Positions 57,423-64,000 of a stretch of 64,000 nucleotides of DNA are shown piece by piece; the first letter of the stretch is position 1, and every line of letters begins with the position of its first letter. Source of the DNA: a virus; the IMG/VR virus record IMGVR_UViG_3300042862_000198, positions 1 to 64,000 of that record, one strand, 5' to 3'. The notes beneath the pieces are model-generated. The model searched no databases, was not told the DNA's origin, and worked only from the letters and a program-made list of their open reading frames with translations. The position numbers and the translations under genes were made by a program.

Positions 57423-59138
57423 ATGAGTTATTTTAATCATGCTTTTAAGAAAGCATTCTTGGCTACAGGGCCAACACAAACAGCTGTACCTATTACTAAT
57501 CCTTTAGGAGGTTCATTAGGTACTGCTACAACATCTCTTGGCTATTTAACTACAGGTGGTTTGCCAACTTATACTCTTAATCAGTTATCTGCATTAACAG
57601 TTGCTACTTATGGTACTGCACCTACAGCTACTACAGATGGTTATATTGGATGGTTTAATCCAAGAACAAATGTATCAGTTGATATTAATGACGAAGAATT
57701 TGCTCCTTGTTGTAATTTATATCTTGCTGGTTCAGCAATTTATTCTAATGATAAAATTGGTCCATTAGCAGGTGGTTATCAAGAGACTAACAAGTCTAAA
57801 ATGATTAATCCTAAATATGTATCTAGGTTTTATTCATCAGCACCATGTGCTCCACAAAATAATGTTATTCACGTAGGTTCTACTTACTGGACTGCAGGTG
57901 GTGGTATTTTAACTGTTAATGCTGCTATTACTGGAACAAATACATTGTATGCAGTTTCTGCAACTGATGTTGTTGCAAAACCTGTAACTACTACAGGTAC
58001 TGGAAAAGGTCTTGAAATTTCTTATGATACAACTGCAGGTGGTAAAATTGCTAATAGTTCAGTTGTTATTCTTAATCCTGGAAAAGGATATGCTGTAGGA
58101 GATACAGTAACTGTTCCTTATTCAACTGGTTTACCTGGAAATGCAATTATTACTATTTTAACAGTAACTACAGCACATACTCAAACAGGTTGTGGTACAA
58201 CATCTACATGTTGTAAAGAATTTCTTTGTGGTGAAACTTACTCATTAAGAGTAGATGTAAAAGGTTCTCCTGCAATGAGATTTTTAAATCACAATGCATA
58301 TGCTACTATTGATGCTTATACTGGTTGTTGTCCAGATGGTGCTATTGCACCTACAGCTGTTGATTCAACTGGAGTATTTATTGCATGGGCAAATGGTTTA
58401 ATTACTAATCCAATTGTAGCTCCGTTTTTACAAATTGTTGTTCAAACAGAACTTGGTGATTTATTATATGCTCCAGGTACATCTGCTGCATTCTTAACAG
58501 CTAATGGTGCTACTACTTGGGATTTATATGTATCTCCAGGACACACAGCTAATGCTTGTGCAGGAATAATTATAAATGGTGCATATGTAGATACTAAGTT
58601 TGGAGATTGTTCATTCCAGATTTCTGATTTCTATGAAAAAGAGCCAGTTAGATTATATGCTTCTGAAGTAGATCTTAATGGTGATCCTTGTACATTTGAT
58701 TCTTTATGTACAGTTACTGAATGTGAAGGTCTTCAAGCTCAAGGTTTAGGTGAAACTATTTTAAGAGATCTTACTTTGTCAGAATCTTACAGACAAAATT
58801 TCTTAGCAACAGATATCCGTATCCGTGAGATTACTCAAGGAAATCAAATTGTAACTTCTATTAATAGAAATGCACAGTATTACAGATACATGTTACAACA
58901 CAATGTACCACGTAATTACAATCCATCAGGAACATTTGATTCAGATCAGTATGTATTAGAGATATATTCTTTATTACCTCTTGCAACATTTTATACTGAT
59001 ACTGCTGGATGGTTAGGGTCTTGTGGTGTATGTGAAACAGAAGAATATACATGTTCTACAACATGTGTAGTTCCTATTCTTTTCCCTGCATTACCTGTAT
59101 TTAATCCTTATAATACAGTTTCTTGTTGGGGACTATAA
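57423..59138 (+). CDS. putative virion structural protein
   Basis: 571 aa with NPGKGYAVGD insert; strong terminator after. Confidence 0.6.
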   Translation: MSYFNHAFKKAFLATGPTQTAVPITNPLGGSLGTATTSLGYLTTGGLPTYTLNQLSALTVATYGTAPTATTDGYIGWFNPRTNVSVDINDEEFAPCCNLYLAGSAIYSNDKIGPLAGGYQETNKSKMINPKYVSRFYSSAPCAPQNNVIHVGSTYWTAGGGILTVNAAITGTNTLYAVSATDVVAKPVTTTGTGKGLEISYDTTAGGKIANSSVVILNPGKGYAVGDTVTVPYSTGLPGNAIITILTVTTAHTQTGCGTTSTCCKEFLCGETYSLRVDVKGSPAMRFLNHNAYATIDAYTGCCPDGAIAPTAVDSTGVFIAWANGLITNPIVAPFLQIVVQTELGDLLYAPGTSAAFLTANGATTWDLYVSPGHTANACAGIIINGAYVDTKFGDCSFQISDFYEKEPVRLYASEVDLNGDPCTFDSLCTVTECEGLQAQGLGETILRDLTLSESYRQNFLATDIRIREITQGNQIVTSINRNAQYYRYMLQHNVPRNYNPSGTFDSDQYVLEIYSLLPLATFYTDTAGWLGSCGVCETEEYTCSTTCVVPILFPALPVFNPYNTVSCWGL

Positions 59139-59163
59139 GAACAAATAATTAATTATTAACTAG

Positions 59164-59200
59164 AAAGGGGAGAAGAGTTTCATACTCCTCCCCTTTTTTT
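59164..59200 (+). terminator. intrinsic terminator
   Basis: AAGGGGAG...CTCCCCTT plus T-run. Confidence 0.75.
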
Positions 59201-59211
59201 ATATAAATACT

Positions 59212-59754
59212 ATGGCAAATCATGTATTAAGTTTAGAGGTACCTACTGTGATGAACACATGTATTTTAAGTATATTTGATACAAGTGTATATTCTGAATT
59301 AATTCCTGTTAGCTGTCCATTATTAACTATTACAGTACCAGGTTTTGCATATTCTGTACAAATTCCAGTTTCACCAAATTTCAATGAAACTATAACAGCA
59401 TGTGATTTAAATTTACAAACAGAAAATTGTGGAATAAGTTATAATAATATACCTGATGGTATTTATATTATTAAATATTCAGTAGAACCATCTGATATAG
59501 TATTTGTAGAATACAATCATTTGAGAATTACAAAAGCATTAAATAGATATAATAATATTTTATGTAGAGTGGATGTTGCTGATTGTGACCCACCTTTTAG
59601 AATTAAAGAAAAATTAGAAGCACTTAGAATAATACGTATGTATCTAGATGCTGCTAAATCTAAAGTAGAAGTTTGTCATGAACCTCAAAAAGGAATGTCA
59701 TTATACAACTATGCTTTAAAACTTTTAATGAAAATGGAATGTGTAAATTGTTAA
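59212..59754 (+). CDS. putative structural protein
   Basis: IPDGIY.IKYSV. Confidence 0.6.
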   Translation: MANHVLSLEVPTVMNTCILSIFDTSVYSELIPVSCPLLTITVPGFAYSVQIPVSPNFNETITACDLNLQTENCGISYNNIPDGIYIIKYSVEPSDIVFVEYNHLRITKALNRYNNILCRVDVADCDPPFRIKEKLEALRIIRMYLDAAKSKVEVCHEPQKGMSLYNYALKLLMKMECVNC

Positions 59755-59781
59755 ATTATTAAACCTTTAAAAACCAACCAA

Positions 59782-59994
59782 ATGAGTCAATGTTCAAATT
59801 GTAATCAAAAATTATCTTGTGGATGCCAAAGAAGAAATGCATCTAATGGAGTTCAAGTATGTAGTAATTGTTTAACTAGTTATGAATCTCAAATACAAGC
59901 TACTAATCAACCTTCTGTAATTACAGAAGCAGAAGTAAAAACAGAAGAACCTCTTCATAGAAGAGCAATGTTACAAAGAAGATTTACAAAATAA
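59782..59994 (+). CDS. small Cys-rich protein
   Basis: CSNC...CGC...CSNC. Confidence 0.65.
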   Translation: MSQCSNCNQKLSCGCQRRNASNGVQVCSNCLTSYESQIQATNQPSVITEAEVKTEEPLHRRAMLQRRFTK

Positions 59995-60003
59995 AATTAT
60001 ATA

Positions 60004-62571
60004 ATGCCTGATACTGCTTTAATTTATTTTATTCCTTGCTGTGCTCCTGGAGATACTAGTATAGTATTTAGAGGTGCTCCTATTGCTGGTATAACAAATA
60101 ATTCTTATTGGGTTTATACAGATGCAACAGCTATTCTTGGACAAGGTACATCACCATGGGATTCATTAATCCCTGGTCAATGTTATAATATATTTTTTGG
60201 TTCAACACCAGGTATTTCTACTGCTCCAATACTTACTTTAACTGTTTCTAGTTTTAGTAATAGTGCAGCTTATTTTCAAACAGATAAAACATGTACCGCA
60301 CCTTATTGTGTGAATATTTGTAATCCTTTACCACCACAAGAATTTACAAATAGATACTATAAGTTTACACCTTGTTGTGATCCTGATAATCCAGTTTATT
60401 TTAAACCTGTTACTTTAGGAACACAGATAGCAACCGGTGTTGCAATATATTCTGCAACAATTACTCCAAATCCATATCCAACAACTGATATTTTTGGAAA
60501 TCCAGATAATCCACTTATTGCTAATTTTTGTTATAGCATAACAATGGAAAATGCAGGACCTGGAATGCATGTAACAAATGCTACTGAATGGAATAATTTA
60601 CAAGAAGCTCCTAATAATGCTTCATCAAATTTTTTATATGTAAGTCAAGGTACAAGTTGTACAGCTCCACAAGTTATTAGCAGTTGTCCAAGTTGTAATC
60701 CTTTTTGTTTTACCTTATGGTCATGTGATGGTTCTCAACCTCTTTTTACAACTTATACAGATTTAACAGCTTATATCGGAACTAATATACTTGTAAGTAG
60801 TTTAGATCCAGATGATAATATAGTTGATGTTTGTGTATTTGTTCAAGACTCAACTGGTAATAATTGTACAAATGCAATTGAAGTTGTAGTAGAATCAGAA
60901 ACTTGTGAATGTGACTGTACATGTTATACTATACTTGGTGTAATTAAATCAGTAGAATGGATTGATTGTGATGGTGTCTATCATTTAGTAGCTACACCAC
61001 AAAGTCCTTTTCAAATATGTGCCGGAGCATATCCATTAACATATCCTTCAATACCAGATAACCCTTTACAAATTATAGACAATGGTTTATGTATTGAAAG
61101 TACAATTTTTAATGATGAAACATGTGAGGAAGAAACTGTATTTAATTGTGAGCCTGCTTGTTATTTATTAGAAGATTGTTTAGATAATACAAATGTTATT
61201 TATTCTAACTCACCTTCATTACTTGGTCCTGCAAATCTTGGACAAGTAGTTACTATTGCTGGTTATACAGAATGCTGGAAAATATTAATTCCTCAAATAT
61301 GTGACTGTCCAATAAATGTAACAGTATTAACAGTAAGTGACTGTTGTGAAGCATGTTTACCTAATATAAATTATAAACTTACAACCTGTAATGATTCAAA
61401 TGTATATGTTTATACATCAGATGATTTAAGTCTATATGTTGATAAAGTTATAAGAAGAGAAGACTGTCCAGATGAATGTTGGATTGTATCTCAAATTGAT
61501 GGTAACATACCAACAGATATACCTATTGTAGTTTTAGAAGATTATTTAGATTGTGAATTATGTTATAGAAAATATTATTTGCTTGAAGATTGTATAGGTT
61601 TACAAAATGATATAATAACATATACGGATCTTTCAGATTATGTTGGTAAAGTAATTACATTAGATTGGTGTCCTGAAACATGTTGGGAAATAACTGAAAC
61701 TATTGAAGATGATACTGCTGGTATTATATCAGATATTTTAAATACATATAATGTCTGTGTTGATTGTTTAACAAATGCTTCTTGTATTTGTAGTACAATA
61801 AAAAATTATAATACTATATCACAAATATATAAGTATTTAGATTGTTATGGAATATTACAAAGTATTACATTACTTCCAAATCAAAAAAGTAATAGGTTAT
61901 GTTTAATAAGATGGTATGCACCAGAACCTTGTGATGAACTTATAGTAACTATAACATCTTCTACAGGAATTGTATCTAATATTACACTATATCAAAATAG
62001 TGTAAATCATCCAGGACCTGTAATTGTAAATGATAAACCAACTTGGAAAGATACAGGAAATAATTTATATATATATTATGATGGTGCAAAATGGATATTA
62101 AGTAAAAATTTGACTCCATCGGTATTACCTTCTGTTTATACTACTATTGGTTTTATTAACTGTAATGGAGATTGTGATTGCCCAACAGGAACATGGGAAC
62201 AAAGTTCAAGCATTCCAAATCAAGATGTTTATGTAACAACTGAACTTAAATATACAATAGAATATTTTGGTAACTGTATAAATGGTGTATGTCCTCCAAG
62301 AAAAAATAGTCAAAAATCTGTTACTCCTGGTTACAATACTCCAGGGTGTGAAGCATGGAAGTATGAAGAAATTTCTTGTAGAGCTGCAGAAGCAATGTAC
62401 AAACAAGTTTTAGAATTAAGATATGGAATATCAAATTGTTGTCCTGATGAGGATGAACAATATATTGTACAAAAAGAACTTATAGATTTAGCTGCATTAA
62501 ATGATCCAGCTTATCCATGTTCTACAAATTCATGTGGATGTAATAATGATTGTAATTGTTCAACAACATAA
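60004..62571 (+). CDS. large Cys-rich repeat protein
   Basis: About four Y.L..C...DL..YVGKV...CW repeats. Confidence 0.75.
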   Translation: MPDTALIYFIPCCAPGDTSIVFRGAPIAGITNNSYWVYTDATAILGQGTSPWDSLIPGQCYNIFFGSTPGISTAPILTLTVSSFSNSAAYFQTDKTCTAPYCVNICNPLPPQEFTNRYYKFTPCCDPDNPVYFKPVTLGTQIATGVAIYSATITPNPYPTTDIFGNPDNPLIANFCYSITMENAGPGMHVTNATEWNNLQEAPNNASSNFLYVSQGTSCTAPQVISSCPSCNPFCFTLWSCDGSQPLFTTYTDLTAYIGTNILVSSLDPDDNIVDVCVFVQDSTGNNCTNAIEVVVESETCECDCTCYTILGVIKSVEWIDCDGVYHLVATPQSPFQICAGAYPLTYPSIPDNPLQIIDNGLCIESTIFNDETCEEETVFNCEPACYLLEDCLDNTNVIYSNSPSLLGPANLGQVVTIAGYTECWKILIPQICDCPINVTVLTVSDCCEACLPNINYKLTTCNDSNVYVYTSDDLSLYVDKVIRREDCPDECWIVSQIDGNIPTDIPIVVLEDYLDCELCYRKYYLLEDCIGLQNDIITYTDLSDYVGKVITLDWCPETCWEITETIEDDTAGIISDILNTYNVCVDCLTNASCICSTIKNYNTISQIYKYLDCYGILQSITLLPNQKSNRLCLIRWYAPEPCDELIVTITSSTGIVSNITLYQNSVNHPGPVIVNDKPTWKDTGNNLYIYYDGAKWILSKNLTPSVLPSVYTTIGFINCNGDCDCPTGTWEQSSSIPNQDVYVTTELKYTIEYFGNCINGVCPPRKNSQKSVTPGYNTPGCEAWKYEEISCRAAEAMYKQVLELRYGISNCCPDEDEQYIVQKELIDLAALNDPAYPCSTNSCGCNNDCNCSTT

Positions 62572-62631
62572 TTTAAATATATAGCAATAAGATAATATAC
62601 TACTTTAAATAAAAATAAAAAAATACTAAAA

Positions 62632-64000
62632 ATGGAAGCAATACTTTTAAAAATTGAAGAATTAGGAAAAGAACTTTTTTTAAACAATAATTCTAGATTA
62701 AATACTTCATCTAATATAACTAGTATTTCATATGGTTATAAACATGTTAATAATATTCAAACAGATGAGTTGTGTGTTGTTTATACTGTTAAAGAAAAAA
62801 AACCAATATCAGAACTTTTACCTTCAGAAATTATTTCAAAAACAATATCAATTGATAATGCACTTGTAAAAACTGATGTAAAAGAATTACATAGTATAGA
62901 ATTATTAGTATGTAATCCAGTATGTGGTCAAGTTGCAGGTCCAAATTCTGCAGCTAACAGAGCTCTTACAAGACCATTAAAAGGTGGATTATCAATAACT
63001 TCTACTAATACAGTAACTAGTGTTGGAACAATGGGTTTTATTGCTGTTCATACTGCTACTAATACTTTAGTTGGTGTAACAAATAATCACGTTGTAATAC
63101 AAGATGCATATATTGCTTGTGATAGAGGAAATTCTACTCCATATGAAAATGAATATCAACCAATAAATAGTGTATATCAAAATGGAGAAGCAGGTGTAAT
63201 ACCTCCTCCAAATTATACAATTGGGCAAACATTAAAATATAAACCAATATATGCTAGTACAACAAATGATGTAGATTGTGCTATATTTTCATTAAGACAA
63301 CCAGATATTGATATGACTAATCCTTCAACATCTGGAATGCAAGTAGGAGAAGCTTATACTAATTGTTTACCTTTTGCAACAACTGCAGAAATAAATAATT
63401 TGCTTGTATCTAATCCTATGTTATATTCTTCAGGAAGAACAACAGGACCAAAAGGAGGGGTTGGTTGTCCACTTAGAATACTATCAACATTTAATGCTTT
63501 TCAAATAAATTATCCATTACAAGGTGTTAATGTTCCATGTACTTTTATTAATGTACTTTCATTTGTAAAACCTGAATTTGATCCTAGTTTATCAACCACA
63601 TGTTTTAATCCTATTGTTCCTGGTGATTCTGGTTCAGCATTAATTGCTGATTTTGGAGGAGTTAGAAAAATTATTGGTTTAGTTTTTGCAGGTGCAAAAG
63701 ATTCAGCTGGAAATACTATTATTGGTTATGCATGTAGAATTGATGTTGTAGCTACTCAAATGGGTATACAAGCATGGGATTGTACAAATAAAAGTTTTGT
63801 AGATGAATCATCTATTGTATATAAAACAGTACCTGGATTATCATGTATTGAAACATTACAGTGTTCTCTTTCAGATCCTATATATTATCAAGCTGGAATA
63901 ACTAATACACTTAGCAATCCTTGTCCAACTCCTCTTATAAATGATTTTACTACAACATGGGAAACTACAACTGCAAGTGAATCTATTGAACTACCTTATA
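62632..64000 (+). CDS. trypsin-like (Nal1-type) serine protease fusion, partial
   Basis: Frame open to window end; TNNHV (63088), DVDCA (63274), GDSGS (63628), GLVFAG; then FTTTWET. Confidence 0.8.
   Translation, partial: MEAILLKIEELGKELFLNNNSRLNTSSNITSISYGYKHVNNIQTDELCVVYTVKEKKPISELLPSEIISKTISIDNALVKTDVKELHSIELLVCNPVCGQVAGPNSAANRALTRPLKGGLSITSTNTVTSVGTMGFIAVHTATNTLVGVTNNHVVIQDAYIACDRGNSTPYENEYQPINSVYQNGEAGVIPPPNYTIGQTLKYKPIYASTTNDVDCAIFSLRQPDIDMTNPSTSGMQVGEAYTNCLPFATTAEINNLLVSNPMLYSSGRTTGPKGGVGCPLRILSTFNAFQINYPLQGVNVPCTFINVLSFVKPEFDPSLSTTCFNPIVPGDSGSALIADFGGVRKIIGLVFAGAKDSAGNTIIGYACRIDVVATQMGIQAWDCTNKSFVDESSIVYKTVPGLSCIETLQCSLSDPIYYQAGITNTLSNPCPTPLINDFTTTWETTTASESIELPY

Noticed and set aside
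1-64000. Stop-codon reassignment as in some crAss-like phages
   Set aside because: TerL, portal and MCP are uninterrupted in code 11; TAG and TGA end genes normally

Overview
A 64-kb, very AT-rich segment of a crAss-like (Crassvirales-type) bacteriophage genome, most likely infecting Bacteroidota (TAnnTTTG promoter elements, A-rich leaders without Shine-Dalgarno sites, Flavobacterium-type ClpS and DUF6428 genes). It reads in standard code 11. The left arm (1-24.0 kb, mainly minus strand) holds replication/repair genes (primase, AAA ATPase, DnaB helicase, UDG, SF2 helicase) and many small genes, including two clusters of MKQTAVEWL repeat cassettes. The strand switch at about 22.5-24.6 kb is rich in non-coding structure: a ~500-nt structured RNA opened by a twister-ribozyme-like core with a large internal insertion, pseudoknot-like motifs, repeated promoter-like boxes and a G-run patch. 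The right arm (24.66-64 kb, plus strand) holds accessory genes (CDGSH-Acb2/Tad1-like fusion, FkbM, GroES), a collagen-like fibre, an LRR protein, a lysis cassette, TerL-portal-scaffold-MCP, small basic proteins, a Dps-like protein, Cys-rich proteins and a truncated trypsin-like protease. Family assignments come from motif recognition by eye; no database search was run.
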